From contig NZ_CANLKW010000007.1 in assembly GCF_947491795.1 (NCBI RefSeq), positions 1,915-65,914 on the forward strand: 64,000 nucleotides of DNA, written 5' to 3'. The notes under the pieces are model-generated. The model was not told the origin of the DNA, searched no databases, and saw nothing but the letters and a program-made list of their open reading frames with translations. Position numbers and translations under genes: made by a program. The DNA is from an uncultured Roseobacter sp. (GTDB lineage: Bacteria > Pseudomonadota > Alphaproteobacteria > Rhodobacterales > Rhodobacteraceae). Positions 1 through 10,384 of the stretch are shown in pieces. The first letter of the stretch is position 1. Each line of letters starts with the position of its first letter.

Positions 1-1
1 T

Positions 2-1066
2 TACGTCTCGCTCCTGATGACCTCGGGGCTCGATCAATGGCAGAACCCGGCCATCGACGAGGCGACGGCGGTGTCGGACTTTGATTTCCGCACGATCCGG
101 AAAAAGCCTTTCTCTGTCTACCTGGTCGTCCAGCCTTTGATGGTGAAGTCGCTCGCGCCCCTCATCCGGCTCTTCTTCTCCGATCTCCTCTCGGCAATGC
201 AGGAAAGGGACCCCGGTCCTGATGAACCTTGGCCGGTGATGATCATGCTTGATGAGTTCAATCGCCTTGGCAAAATGCCGATCGTGGTCGAGAGTATTGA
301 GACTCTGCGAACCTATCGTGGCCACCTGGCCGTGGTGACCCAAACCATCCCCGCCCTCGATGAAATCTATGGCGAGAACACCCGCCGTGCCCTGCAAGGC
401 AATGCGGGCGTGAAGCTGTACCTGACGCCTTCGGATGAAAAGACCGTCGAGGAGCTGAGCAAGGCGGTCGGCAAAAGCACCAAGACTGTCGTTACGCGCT
501 CGCGGTCGATTGGTAAGAACCCCTTCGAAGGGCGTAACGAGTCCATCCGCACCGAAGAGACGTCCCTGCTGCCCGAAGACGAAGCGCGGCGCCTGCCGCT
601 CGATGAGATTGTCATGGTGATCGATGCCCAAATGCCGATCCGCGCGAAGCGGATTCAATACTTCAACGATCGATTCCTCAAGACAATTCATGATGAGCAG
701 ATAGGAGAACAGCCGCTCCCGCAGCCGGGGGGAATCGGATCCCAAGACAATCTGTCTGTAGGTGTTCAGGCGATACCCCTGTTCGAGCGATCGGATAGGG
801 GAACAGATCAAAAGCCGTACGTCGCGAGCGCGGGTCCAGCCCGGGGTGACACACGACTGAACCAGCCAAAATATGACGGTGCAACTACTAACAAGGCCGA
901 AGGAGTTGTACTGGCGGTTCCAGAAGAGGAACAGAGGCAGTTAGAGTTGGATTTTGAGGGACAGGAGTCGTCCGAAGATCTGGCGGTTGAGGTCGGCGAT
1001 AAGCGGGTAGGGATCGCAGTGAATGATCTCGGCGAGCTTGAGTCATTGATGAAACGGGGGCAATGA
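2..1066 (+). CDS. virD4: Type IV secretion coupling protein, VirD4/TraG family, C-terminal ~355 aa (5' end outside window)
   Basis: Frame is open from base 2. VMIMLDEFNRLGKMP is the Walker-B-like DEF box of TraG/VirD4. The block TYRGHLAVVTQTIPALDEIYGENTRRALQGNAGVKLYLTPSD follows, then an acidic low-complexity tail. Stop at 1064-1066. Confidence 0.85.
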   Translation, partial: YVSLLMTSGLDQWQNPAIDEATAVSDFDFRTIRKKPFSVYLVVQPLMVKSLAPLIRLFFSDLLSAMQERDPGPDEPWPVMIMLDEFNRLGKMPIVVESIETLRTYRGHLAVVTQTIPALDEIYGENTRRALQGNAGVKLYLTPSDEKTVEELSKAVGKSTKTVVTRSRSIGKNPFEGRNESIRTEETSLLPEDEARRLPLDEIVMVIDAQMPIRAKRIQYFNDRFLKTIHDEQIGEQPLPQPGGIGSQDNLSVGVQAIPLFERSDRGTDQKPYVASAGPARGDTRLNQPKYDGATTNKAEGVVLAVPEEEQRQLELDFEGQESSEDLAVEVGDKRVGIAVNDLGELESLMKRGQ

Positions 1067-1317
1067 GAAAATCTGCTGGTCTCAGCGCTAAAGTCTATTT
1101 TGGAAAACGCGTATAATGAGCCATACTCTCGACTGAATTAAGCCGTTATTGGTTCCAGAAAGCCTGACGATGAACACCCCGACAGGTGAAACTTCCGGGT
1201 ACATAATAGCAAATAGGGGAATCTTGATTGCATGGCTGAAAACTCATTTGCAAAATACAAATATTTTTTACTTTTTGTTAACCAAGCTGCACTATCCCGC
1301 TGACGAGGGGAAGAAGT

Positions 1318-1998
1318 ATGTCCGAGTCCAACTCAACAGTTTCAATACTGCTAAATGCGCAACCAGATGTTGACGGTTGTATCTCTTTTGAAGATGCGAG
1401 AGTAGTATCGCTGGAAATGCTCGGGGCGGATAGCAAAGTAAAATTTGGCTTCAGAACTCCCAAACTGATCACTGAACTTTTCCACGCCAATCTGAGCGAT
1501 GAACTATTGACTGTGCTGATAGAATTCGGCGGTTCTGGAACACTATTGTCCATACCTGACTACGTGTTTGTAATGGATGGCTTGCTGCTGGCAAAACTTC
1601 GCGTTTTTGGTTATGAGCAAGAAGATGGAACTGTGAATGTAACAATCCGATGGGCGTTTGCTGAAGGTAATATCCTTGCAGCTTTAAAGATAGATTCCAC
1701 CTATCTTTTGTCGCATGGATCGACGAATGCGCGGCTAGCGTTTGATGTGTTAGAATGCGTTTTGGAGCCAGTGTTCGATCTTACACGTTCCCAAGATACC
1801 AATGGTGTTTTTGCTTCCAAAATCGAAAACGTTGATGCCTTACTTCTCGATTTGCAATTGAAACGTGACGAGCTTGAGAAACACGCGGCTCTGCTTAAGA
1901 TTTATTTGCAACACCAATTGAGTGCGGAGAGAAACGCGAGAACTGGTGCAAACTTTCTACAAAAAAAGCTTGAGTCCTTCCCTAAGTACCTGTGCTAG
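1318..1998 (+). CDS. Hypothetical protein (226 aa), AT-rich, C-terminal coiled-coil-like segment
   Basis: Longest ORF in an AT-rich gap between virD4 and IS remnants. No recognisable motif. Overlapping smaller ORFs (1149-1373, 1278-1553) look spurious. Confidence 0.35.
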   Translation: MSESNSTVSILLNAQPDVDGCISFEDARVVSLEMLGADSKVKFGFRTPKLITELFHANLSDELLTVLIEFGGSGTLLSIPDYVFVMDGLLLAKLRVFGYEQEDGTVNVTIRWAFAEGNILAALKIDSTYLLSHGSTNARLAFDVLECVLEPVFDLTRSQDTNGVFASKIENVDALLLDLQLKRDELEKHAALLKIYLQHQLSAERNARTGANFLQKKLESFPKYLC

Positions 1999-2007
1999 CG
2001 TCTGGAC

Positions 2008-2133
2008 TCATAGCCAGTACATGACGAGCACTGCGAGAGCGACGGCGGACAGAAAGACCTTTAGACATCCGTCGTATCGCGTTGCCACACGCCGCCAATC
2101 CTTCAAACTGCCGAACATAATCTCGATCCGGTT
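2008..2133 (-). pseudogene. IS5-family transposase, C-terminal fragment only
   Basis: The minus-strand translation NRIEIMFGSLKDWRRVATRYDGCLKVFLSAVALAVLVMYWL* matches the conserved C-terminus of IS5-family (IS427-like) transposases (RNRIExMFGRLKDWRRxATRYDR). It abuts the end of the IS3-family element. Confidence 0.6.
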
Positions 2134-2159
2134 TGACGTTGCCCCCTGATCCGGGCCGT

Positions 2160-3085
2160 TCAGGTGTAGAATCCGTTCTTGTTTCTTTCTGCTTGTAGTG
2201 TTGCGGTCAAGAGCGGCTGAGCGGAGCCCTTGCGGAGCTCAAGCGAAGCCGGTCGGGTGGAACGTAGCCATTGGGCGAACTCGGTTGGTGTTTGTCCGTT
2301 CAGCGACGTGTGTGGTCTTTTGATGTTGTAATCGATCCTCCATGTTTCGATGATCCGGCGAGCCTCGGCGAGGTTGCCGAAGAGGTTTTCGTTTAGGCAC
2401 TCATCCCTAAGCCTGCCGTTGAAGCTCTCGACGAATGCGTTCTGCATGGGCTTTCCGGGTGCGATGTAATGCCAGCCGACGCCGGTGTCCTGGCACCATC
2501 GTAGGACGGCGTGAGATGTCATCTCGATGCCGTTATCGCTGACAATCGCGCCGGGTTTGCCCCGCCTCAGGATCAGTTCGCCTAGTTCACGGGTCATGCG
2601 CCGCCCAGACATGGAGCGGTCTACAACCGTGGCCAATGCTTCGCGAGTGCAGTCATCCACGATGCACAGAACCCGGAACCGCTGGCCGTCTGACAGGGCA
2701 TCAGAGACGAAGTCCAGTGACCAGCGCTGGTTCGCCCTGTCGGGCACCAAGATCGGCCTCCTCGTGCCCAGGGCGCGCTTGCGACCGCCCCGTTTACGGA
2801 CCATTGACCGTTCTTCTCTGTAGAGGCGGAACAGTTTCTTGTGGTTCACTTCGATACCTTCCCGCTGCAACAAGATGTGCAAACGACGGTAGCCGAACCG
2901 ACGCCGTTCGTTGGCCAGTTCGCGCAGCCGCTTGCGCAACGCTTCATCGCCGCCATGCTGCTTCTCATACTGAAAGACAGACCTGTGCAGGTCCGCCAGC
3001 TCACACGCCCGACGCTCACCAAGACCGTGCCGATCCATCACGTCTCGCACGGCCCGTCGCTTCACATCAGGCGTCAGTAGTTTTT
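2160..3085 (-). CDS. IS3-family transposase OrfB (DDE integrase core), expressed as OrfAB by -1 frameshift
   Basis: Sequence [13 protein letters not shown]...[15 protein letters not shown]...[11 protein letters not shown]...[11 protein letters not shown]...[23 protein letters not shown]...[11 protein letters not shown]. The DDE/rve motifs are in the -1 frame relative to orfA. Confidence 0.85.
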
Positions 3086-3370
3086 TGTTGCGAGGTCTTT
3101 CAGCGCGGCATTGTCGAGCATCGTATCCGCAAGCATGCGCTTCAGCCGGTTGTTCTCGTCCTCCAAGGCCCGAAGCTTTTTGGCATCCGACACGTTCATG
3201 CCGCCAAACTTGGCTTTGTATTTGTAGAACGCAGCATCGCTGATGCCGTACTTTCGACATAGCTCTTGGGCTTTCACGCCAGCCTCGTATTCCTTGATCA
3301 TCCCGATGATCTGTTCGTCTGAAAATCTGCGTCTCATAGTCCATCCTTTGTTTGGACGGATCACCAGCAC
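3074..3370 (-). CDS. IS3-family transposase OrfA (HTH)
   Basis: [79 protein letters not shown] is classic IS3 OrfA with a leucine zipper. It ends at the slippery run A6C (rc of 3079-3086). Confidence 0.88.
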   Translation of the reverse strand: MLVIRPNKGWTMRRRFSDEQIIGMIKEYEAGVKAQELCRKYGISDAAFYKYKAKFGGMNVSDAKKLRALEDENNRLKRMLADTMLDNAALKDLATKNY

Positions 3371-3451
3371 CTCGATGGCCTGATTTCAGGGGGCAACGTC
3401 ATGATCGATGTCCCGGGGTCTTCCTGTCAGCAATCACTCTTACTGAAACCG

Positions 3452-4597
3452 TCAAACTTTGGTCTCAGGTCCTGACCGTGGATCTGGTCGGACCGGATCA
3501 ATGATTCTCGCAGTATTCGCCGAATAGAAAGCCGAAAGCTGTGAAAGTGCAATCCGCAGAACGATCTTTCCGGACCTTGCAGACCAATCGAATTCTCTTT
3601 CGATATCCTCCATGCCTTTGAAATGACAGCAACACTGTACCGCTACATCTGCAAGCACTGGACCCAAGTAGTTCAGAGCATTCTCCAATCTTTCGCCTGG
3701 GTTGTGGAAGACAAAATCTAGTTCAGCTGACTGAGGAAAACTCTTAAAGCGATCTGCACTGTGAAAGACATCGGCAGCGGAGATCGTCAGGCTGTTCATT
3801 TCGTAGTCTTCGCGAAGAATTCTCCCTGCTTCAATCTGTTCCATTGTAAGGAAGGGGTTGCCATATCTGTCTCGCCTTCTAGCCAGAGACTGTAACGGAG
3901 CCTCCTTCCCATATCCATCGCCAGTTATCAAAACCGAGTTCCCGTGCGATACGGGTCTTAAACTGGGAAATGGCTGTCTGATGTCTGAGAATGTGCTGCT
4001 TCGATAGTTACTTTTCATACTTAGATTTCTATTGCCAGAACGCAGGTTTCGTCGGCCATATGGTGAGATTGAATATGTAAGTATTTTCTGTGTTTTCTGG
4101 TGCGAGGGTATGACCAAGCCTGATACCGCAAGTTTCTCTGCCGTTTCTGTGTCCACGGAGCAAGAGTTATTTGTTTGCCCGCTATTACTTTTGTGAATAA
4201 TTGCGCAAGAAGAAAGATCCTCGGATGCAGCGAGTATCATACTCGGCTCGCTCAGTCTTTTCAGATGGTTACGTAAAGGAACACGATTTGTATGCGGTGT
4301 TTCCGAAAAACTGCCGCTGTTTCGAGAGAGGAGATCTTTTGGTCCTCTACGAGAATCACTATTGGACTGACTGACGGCACTTACAAGCCGATCAACACCG
4401 GAATAGAAAAGCGGATCAGCAAGATGGCCGGATACTTTCCGTACATTGCGCGAAACCGTTGACGGTTGTATCGACAACAGCTTTGCCGTTTCACGCATCG
4501 ATAAGTTAAGCGCCTTGTAAGTTACATAGATCAAGACATGACTTGGGACCCAATCAGGCAGCATTTTATCAGGTTCCAAGAGTGTTGCATGTTTCAT
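3452..4597 (-). CDS. Hypothetical protein with N-terminal helix-turn-helix, divergent from the AHL synthase gene
   Basis: 381-aa ORF. LSMRETAKLLSIQPSTVSRNVRKV looks like an HTH. The C-terminal ~130 aa (LTMEQIEAGRILREDYEMNSL...LDFVFHNPGERLENALNYLGPVLADVAVQCCCHFKGMEDIERE) resembles an alphaproteobacterial DUF (possibly DUF6456; from memory only). No LuxR autoinducer-binding motif is visible. Confidence 0.5.
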   Translation of the reverse strand: MKHATLLEPDKMLPDWVPSHVLIYVTYKALNLSMRETAKLLSIQPSTVSRNVRKVSGHLADPLFYSGVDRLVSAVSQSNSDSRRGPKDLLSRNSGSFSETPHTNRVPLRNHLKRLSEPSMILAASEDLSSCAIIHKSNSGQTNNSCSVDTETAEKLAVSGLVIPSHQKTQKILTYSISPYGRRNLRSGNRNLSMKSNYRSSTFSDIRQPFPSLRPVSHGNSVLITGDGYGKEAPLQSLARRRDRYGNPFLTMEQIEAGRILREDYEMNSLTISAADVFHSADRFKSFPQSAELDFVFHNPGERLENALNYLGPVLADVAVQCCCHFKGMEDIEREFDWSARSGKIVLRIALSQLSAFYSANTARIIDPVRPDPRSGPETKV

Positions 4598-4921
4598 TTG
4601 TGGTTCCTCCGCAACAGCTGTGTCGCCGAATTGTTAAAGCTTCGTTCATACAATCAGGAATCATGGTTACTAAACCATTAACGAAGATCATACTTAAAAT
4701 ATTAAGGAAGCCGTTACGGCTATTTCTTCAAAAGCTTTGACGCACCGCAGGTTTTATTGCGGAACGCCTGGTAGGTTCGTTAACACTGTCAATTAACAGA
4801 GACTTACGCTGCTGCTGAGCGTTAGGTCTTTGGTAACTGGCATTGAAAAGGTGTTAAACGCCAGTTCTTTCAAGCCACTGTTTAACAACGATTTCGTCCG
4901 ATTCTGTCACCACAACAAACA

Positions 4922-5614
4922 GTGGAGACAAAGATGTTGCATTTTTTGACTGGTGCGGAGTTGAGAAACGTTCCGGAGCTTAGGAAAAGTATGTTTAGAG
5001 ATCGAAAAATACAGTTTATTGACCGACTAGGGTGGGGCTTGAAGGTCACGCAAGAACAGCTCGAAATTGATGAGTATGATCGGGATGACGCATTTTATGT
5101 AATCAATTCCGATGGTAAAAACAGACATGTTGGATCAATGCGGTTGCTTCCAACAAGTCTTCCAAACATGATCCAGGAGCACTTTAATCATGTTATTCCC
5201 GGTATTTCTTTCGCTTCAGAGAAAGTCTGGGAATGCACGCGCTTGTGTTCTGCAAAAGGGGCCTCGCCAAAAGTTGCGATCTCAGTATTGGCCGGAGCGG
5301 CTAAATTCATGGGTCATTTTGAGATCAATGCTTTTCTTGGGCTTTTTGACAAAAGAATGCATCGTACTTACCGGCGCCTCGGCATCAGCCCGATGGTGAT
5401 AGGATCATCTGACTCAGTGGATGGATTAGTCAGTGTTGGCCTTTGGAGTTTTAATCACGCAACATATAAGAAGCTGGTGGAACATTCTGCTTACACAGGT
5501 GATGAAATTGAAGGGATGTTCGGAAACAACTCACTGTACAGACTAGGAGCAAAGCTTCCGATGAAAAAACAGGTTCGCACGCCGTCGTATCAAACTGAAG
5601 AACCGGTTGCGTGA
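4922..5614 (+). CDS. luxI: Acyl-homoserine-lactone synthase (LuxI family)
   Basis: LuxI signature residues are in order: FRDRKIQFIDRLGW, EIDEYD (E-x-D-x-x-D), GSMRLLPT, and WECTR (E-x-x-R). The start is GTG 4922 or ATG 4934. Confidence 0.85.
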   Translation: METKMLHFLTGAELRNVPELRKSMFRDRKIQFIDRLGWGLKVTQEQLEIDEYDRDDAFYVINSDGKNRHVGSMRLLPTSLPNMIQEHFNHVIPGISFASEKVWECTRLCSAKGASPKVAISVLAGAAKFMGHFEINAFLGLFDKRMHRTYRRLGISPMVIGSSDSVDGLVSVGLWSFNHATYKKLVEHSAYTGDEIEGMFGNNSLYRLGAKLPMKKQVRTPSYQTEEPVA

Positions 5615-5900
5615 CGGCTGCAACAGACACACGAGTGACGGCTCCAGCGGGCTGAGTGTCAAATCCCTAACATGGCGGGTGGCATGCTGGATGCGTCGTG
5701 TATTCGTAGCGTGCCAAGTGCTAGTTCATGTCGCTCTCCGTTCGAAGGTGACCGAACTTTTCCAGCTCAAAGCTGAGTGCTTTCGGCATGGATTGTAGAA
5801 GCCGTTGATACACTGGAAGATGACGGCTTCTGCCGCTCGGCGATTTCGCCATGACTTGGGCGGTAATCCCCCCATTTTCAGAGGGGCGCTTCGGTAGAAT

Positions 5901-6725
5901 CTAAGCTGCTTTCAATTTCTGTATCGGGGTCATCCCGCCGATCCCCATGTTTGGCCTTTCATTGTTGTATGTCCAGAGCCAGCGCTTGGCGTGCTCCTGC
6001 ACCTCCTCAATGCTGTTGAAGTGATATCGCCCTAGCCATTCTGTCCGGACGGTTCTGTTATATCGCTCGACATAGGCGTTCTGCTGCGGCTTGCCGGGCT
6101 GAATGTAGATCAAGCCGATCCCTGCTTTTTCAGCCCAGTTCTGAAGTTTGGCGCTGACGTATTCAGGGCCATTGTCCACACGAATGGCCAGGGGCTTTCC
6201 GCGCCACGCAATGATCTGGTTCAATGTCCGGACCACGCGTTCTGACGGCAGCGAGAAGTCCACCTCAATGGCCAAGTCTTCTCGATTGAAGTCATCCAGC
6301 ACGTTCAGTGTCCGGAAGGATCGCCCGTCTGCCAGTTGATCCGCCATGAAGTCCATCGACCAGACCTCGTTCGGCGCTTCAGGCACCGCCAGCGGCTCGG
6401 GCTTTTCGCGCTGCAGCCGCTTCCTGGGCTTGATCCGCATGTTCAGCTCCAACTCGCGATAGATGCGATAGACGCGCTTGTGGTTCCACTTGAGCCCTTT
6501 AACGTTGCGCAGATGCAGGAAGCAGAGGCCGAAGCCCCAGGTCTTCTTGGCATTCGTCAACGCAACCAGCCAATCGGCAATCAACTCGTTTTCATCGCTG
6601 AGCTTTGGTTGATACCGATAGCACGTTTCACTGATGCTAAACGCCCTGCAAGCCAAAGCGATGCTGGCGGATCGATAGCGCACCGCCCACTCGGCCATCT
6701 CACGCCTTTGAGACGGCCTCACCAC
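5901..6725 (-). CDS. IS3-family transposase OrfB (DDE)
   Basis: Sequence [29 protein letters not shown]...[10 protein letters not shown]...[21 protein letters not shown]...[14 protein letters not shown]. Confidence 0.8.
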   Translation of the reverse strand: MVRPSQRREMAEWAVRYRSASIALACRAFSISETCYRYQPKLSDENELIADWLVALTNAKKTWGFGLCFLHLRNVKGLKWNHKRVYRIYRELELNMRIKPRKRLQREKPEPLAVPEAPNEVWSMDFMADQLADGRSFRTLNVLDDFNREDLAIEVDFSLPSERVVRTLNQIIAWRGKPLAIRVDNGPEYVSAKLQNWAEKAGIGLIYIQPGKPQQNAYVERYNRTVRTEWLGRYHFNSIEEVQEHAKRWLWTYNNERPNMGIGGMTPIQKLKAA

Positions 6726-6985
6726 TTTTTTCCAAGGGCTTCCTTCAGCAAATCGTTCTGCATGCTCTTCTCTGCATACATCTTCTTGAGCCGTTTGTTC
6801 TCTTCATCGAGTTCCTTCATCCGGGCCATCAAACTGGCATCCATGCCGCCATACTTGGATCGCCACTTGTAGAAGCTCGCACTGCTCATGCCGTGTTCCC
6901 GGCACAGGTCAGAAACAGGCACGCCGTTCTCCGCCTGCTTCAAGATCGCCATGATCTGTGCGTCGCTGTACTTCGATTTCTTCAT
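6719..6985 (-). CDS. IS3-family transposase OrfA
   Basis: [72 protein letters not shown]. It ends ..GKKW* on the slippery site. The track ORF extends to 7030, but ATG 6985 is the likely start. Confidence 0.8.
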   Translation of the reverse strand: MKKSKYSDAQIMAILKQAENGVPVSDLCREHGMSSASFYKWRSKYGGMDASLMARMKELDEENKRLKKMYAEKSMQNDLLKEALGKKW

Positions 6986-7064
6986 CAGAATCTCCTCTTT
7001 CATCTTCGAGAAAATTCTACTTCCGCACACCCCTAATTTTCGGGGGATTACCGAGAGACTTCAC

Positions 7065-7484
7065 CTAAACTGGCGGGCTCATAGACGCACATGTCTCAGG
7101 TAATGGAAAGTTCGGACCCATAAGGTAACTTCCAATCTCAACTATTTCTTTGGGACTAATGGGCTTGCGCAGCAAGTAGTCGACGCTCATAGCTTCGTTG
7201 TGATCACCGTGCTCAAAGACCGTCGCTCCAGTGATGGATAAAATTGGAATATTTGGAGACCTTATCCGGAGAAAATTTGAGAGTGAAACAGTTGCGCCAT
7301 CGGTAACGAAAACGTCCAATATTGCTAGGCAATAGTTGACTCGAAGAATGCGACTCATACCGTCCGATACGGAGCGAACAGTATCTACCGAGTAGCCAAA
7401 ACTGCGGAATTCCTCTGCAACCGAATGTGCAAAAACCAAGTCGTCTTCAACAAGCAAAATCTTCATGGTCACCTTCTCGTTCAA
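7065..7484 (-). CDS. Single-domain response regulator (CheY-like receiver)
   Basis: MKILLVEDD, AILDVFVTDG (phospho-acceptor Asp), ILSITG and LLRKP (conserved Lys-Pro). The C-terminus lies 13 nt from the IS end at 7052 and may be altered. Confidence 0.75.
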   Translation of the reverse strand: MNEKVTMKILLVEDDLVFAHSVAEEFRSFGYSVDTVRSVSDGMSRILRVNYCLAILDVFVTDGATVSLSNFLRIRSPNIPILSITGATVFEHGDHNEAMSVDYLLRKPISPKEIVEIGSYLMGPNFPLPETCASMSPPV

Positions 7485-7813
7485 CTTTTAGGTGTTTTGA
7501 ACGAAAAAATTGAATAAACCGTAAATCAAAGGCGGGAACGATAAGTCAAAATGCTACAAATTCAAAAGGGGAAGTCAGACATAACAAGCGTTGACAAAAG
7601 CGCCTCAGTCGGACTGTGTCCGTAGAATATGCTTACTAGCCAAAGAGGCAGATCAGACCAAGTCGACACGACAACTGCTGGGCTTGGTGTGCTTCCAGCG
7701 CTCTGAAATCTTGACCTGCCCTCCGATGGTCCTTCATTTATAAGTTAGCTATGTTCAGGTATGATGTGCTACCCAACGCGCCCTCGGCCGTTATCAGAGT
7801 TTCCGCCCTTTGA

Positions 7814-8650
7814 TCAGCTGCACGGGTTGGTCTCGTGCGCTGATTTCATCAGTTCCGCCGGGACCTTGTGCCCGATGGCGCTGTGCGGTCGTTCTTCATT
7901 GTAGTCTCTACGCCAAGCCTCCAACTTTTCGGCGGCATCTTCAAGACTCATGAACCAGTGAGCATTCAGGCATCCCGCCCGGAACCGACCATTGAACGCC
8001 TCGATAAAGGCGTTGTCGGTCCGGTTTTCCCGGTCGTGAGAAGTCGAGCGTGACGCCGCGCTGATGGGCCCGGAGCTCCATATCACGCGAGACAAATTCG
8101 CTGCCCTGGTCGACCCGGATCGTGTCTGGATAGCCGATTCGCCAATAGACGCGATCAAGGGTCGCGACGACATCCTCACCTCGATAACTGAACCGCGCAT
8201 TGAGCACCGGCACGTATAGGGAGAAGGTGTCCACTACCGTGAGAACTCGGAACTTTCGGCCTGTGGCCAGTTGATCGTGCACTAAGTTCATGGCCCAGAC
8301 TTCGTTCGGCCTGACTGCTTCCACGCGATCCTCCCGAAGCTTCACCATGACCCGGCGCTTCGGCGTCTTGTTCCTGAGCTGCATGCCCAACTCCTTGTAA
8401 ATGCGATAAGTCTTCTGCGCATTGATCTCCCAACCCTCGTGCTTCAGCAGCACGTGCACACGCCGGTATCCGAACCGGATGCAGGTCAGGCATATCTCTC
8501 GGATGCGCTGTTCCGACGCGGCCTCGCCGGGCCGACGAGACTTGTAGCGACAGGTCCTAGGATCGAACCGGATCACCGCACAGGCCCGGCGGATCGACAC
8601 CCGCCAATCCGCCCGTATCTCGTAGACCAGCGTCCTCTTCCGGGCAGCCC
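7814..8650 (-). pseudogene. IS3-family transposase OrfB, frameshifted
   Basis: The N-terminal part (RFGYRRVHVLLKHEGW...VWAMNLVHDQLATGRKFRVLTVVD...RVDQGSEFVS...SRPGKP) is in one frame. The continuation TDNAFIEAFNGRFRAGCLNAHWF...RRDYNEERPHSAIG is in another, with the break near 8030. Confidence 0.7.
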
Positions 8651-8917
8651 TCAAAGCTTTCGTTTGATGATGTCCTGCAGCATCTCTTTGTCCAACGCCA
8701 GGTCCACGACGATCTTCTTCAGCTGCGCATTCTCCTGCTTGAACTCTCTCAGCCGATTCATCACCGACGGCATCAGACCCGCATACTTCTTCTTCCAACT
8801 GAAAAACGTCGCCAAACTGATCCCGGCCTTCCGACAGACTTCCGCGACGGGTGTCCCGTCCTCCGCCTGCTTGATGATGAACGCCTTCTGCGCGTCCGTG
8901 AACTTCGATGCTTTCAT
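8651..8917 (-). CDS. IS3-family transposase OrfA
   Basis: MKASKFTDAQKAFIIKQAEDGTPVAEVCRKAGISLATFFSWKKKYAGLMPSVMNRLREFKQENAQLKKIVVDLALDKEML. Confidence 0.75.
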   Translation of the reverse strand: MKASKFTDAQKAFIIKQAEDGTPVAEVCRKAGISLATFFSWKKKYAGLMPSVMNRLREFKQENAQLKKIVVDLALDKEMLQDIIKRKL

Positions 8918-9029
8918 GCGTTTCCACTCCTCTCCCAGTTAGGGAATCGATGCGGAAAACTCTAACCAAAATCGGGGGCGTTTACGGGCATCACATCAGG
9001 ATACGAAATTGCGTTCGCCCGACTTAGTG

Positions 9030-9479
9030 CTACTGTGCGGAAGAACTCACCGCATTATCATTTTTGTCATTCGCCATACAAAGCTCAAATAACCGGCTTT
9101 GAGCTGCAGTAAGTACTTCTGCTGTGAACCGGAAATCGATTGAACTCGAACATATTTTTTCGCAATCGAAAGCGTAGTCAGTAAGGCAGTCGATCTTTTG
9201 TTTTGCACTCCACTGATACCAGTCGCCCCAGTCACATGCACGGCAAAGTAACTCTGTCCAGGTTTCCGCATCTTGCTTACTCACCTTTACACCAAGCAGT
9301 CCTGAAGACAGCGCTAATTCCAACACGTCAAACATTGAACTCTGAGCGAGGGCAGTATTGGCTCTTAGGTCGTTTGAAAGTGATCGTCTTAACGATCCTG
9401 AAAGCCATAGTTTCTCGACTAAAGGCTCGTCGATTTTCAGAAAACTGGCAATTTCATTTCGTGACAAAGGAACGTGCAT
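9030..9479 (-). CDS. Hypothetical protein (149 aa), AT-rich
   Basis: ORF only, with no recognisable motif. It lies between IS remnants. Confidence 0.3.
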   Translation of the reverse strand: MHVPLSRNEIASFLKIDEPLVEKLWLSGSLRRSLSNDLRANTALAQSSMFDVLELALSSGLLGVKVSKQDAETWTELLCRACDWGDWYQWSAKQKIDCLTDYAFDCEKICSSSIDFRFTAEVLTAAQSRLFELCMANDKNDNAVSSSAQ

Positions 9480-9639
9480 TGGTACTGGAACCCATAACTT
9501 TCAATGATAAGCTAGCGGGTTTGCACTAAATTTGAGTAAATTTTCAGAATCGTATGTGTAACGTCAGCGCCCACCGGACAAATTTAGGTGTTTGAGCAAC
9601 GGAGGATTTCTGGTTCATCGAAGCCATTATGGAGCGAAG

Positions 9640-10384
9640 ATGAACAAGAAATCCGGAACATCGAAAGACGCCGCTGACAAGTTGGTCAGGGGCATCAAGC
9701 GCAAGACCCGCAAGCACTACTCGGCCGAGGAAAAGATCAGGATCGTCCTGGCGGGCCTGCGGGTCGAAGAGAGCATCGCTGCGCTGTGTCGCCGCGAGGG
9801 AATTGCGGAAAGCCTGTATTATTCCTGGTCAAAGGAATTCCTTGAAGCTGGGAAGAACTGGCTGGCGGGGGGACATGGCTCGTCAGGCGACATCCCCCGA
9901 AGTCAAGGAACTGCAATCGGAATCGGCTGCCCTGAAGGAAGTGGTTGCCGAGCTAACGCTTAAGAACCGCCTGCTCAAAAAAAGCATGATCGGGCCCTTT
10001 CGGCAGAATGCTCAGCATTCGCCTGTCAGGTAATAGATGGGGAGTTCGAAGCATGAGGTATCCCGCATCCGAGAAGCTTGAGATCATCCGTACGGTGGAA
10101 GCCTCGCACCTGCCGGTGAAGCAGACGCTGACGAAGATTGGCATCCCCAGTAGCACCTACTGCGATTGGTATGCGCGTAGGGTCGAGGGCGGGATCGATG
10201 CGCTTGCCGATCGTTCTCCATGGCCCGGATCCGTCTGGAACCGCATCCCTGATGATGTCCGTGAAGCCTTTGTCGAGTGCGCGCTGGACCACGAAGGTCT
10301 GACACCGTGCGAACTGGCGGTCAAATGTACCGACGAGAAGCGGTATTTTATCTCGGAATCTTCAGCGTATCGCCTTCTCAAGGC
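9640..10384 (+). pseudogene. IS3-family transposase remnants (frameshifted orfA plus truncated orfB N-terminus)
   Basis: KHYSAEEKIRIVLAGLRVEESIAALCRREGIAESLYYSWSKEFLEAG continues in another frame (SPEVKELQSESAALKEVVAELTLKNRLLKK). The orfB N-terminus follows (YPASEKLEIIRTVEASHLPVKQTLTKIGIPSSTYCDWY...) and is cut off near 10385. Confidence 0.65.

Larger units (their letters stand above)
2134..3400 (-). mobile_element. IS3-family insertion sequence, copy 1 (orfA/orfB with -1 frameshift site), apparently intact
   Basis: A 15-bp perfect terminal inverted repeat, gacgttgccccctga (2134-2148) and tcagggggcaacgtc (3386-3400), continues into imperfect IRs (TGATCCGGGCCGTTCAGGTG versus TGAAATCAGGCCATCGAGGTG). 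The exact termini are ambiguous: TG..CA at 2146/3388, or 12 bp further out. Confidence 0.85.
5861..7052 (-). mobile_element. IS3-family insertion sequence (second type), apparently intact
   Basis: Terminal inverted repeats are cggtaatccccc (5861-5872) and gggggattaccg (7041-7052). OrfA/orfB overlap contains the canonical A AAA AAG slippery heptamer (rc of 6725-6731). Confidence 0.8.
7762..8998 (-). mobile_element. IS3-family insertion sequence (third type), decayed (orfB frameshifted)
   Basis: The ends TGATGTGCTACCC... (7762) and ...GGGCATCACATCA (8998) form an imperfect ~45-bp IR. OrfA is intact; orfB is split over two frames. Confidence 0.75.

Noticed and set aside
4786-4799. Imperfect palindrome CTGTCAATTAACAG upstream of luxI, considered as a lux-box.
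   Set aside because: Its spacing is CTG-N8-CAG rather than the CTG-N10-CAG of lux/tra boxes, it has two mismatches, and no LuxR gene is nearby. It is too weak to call.
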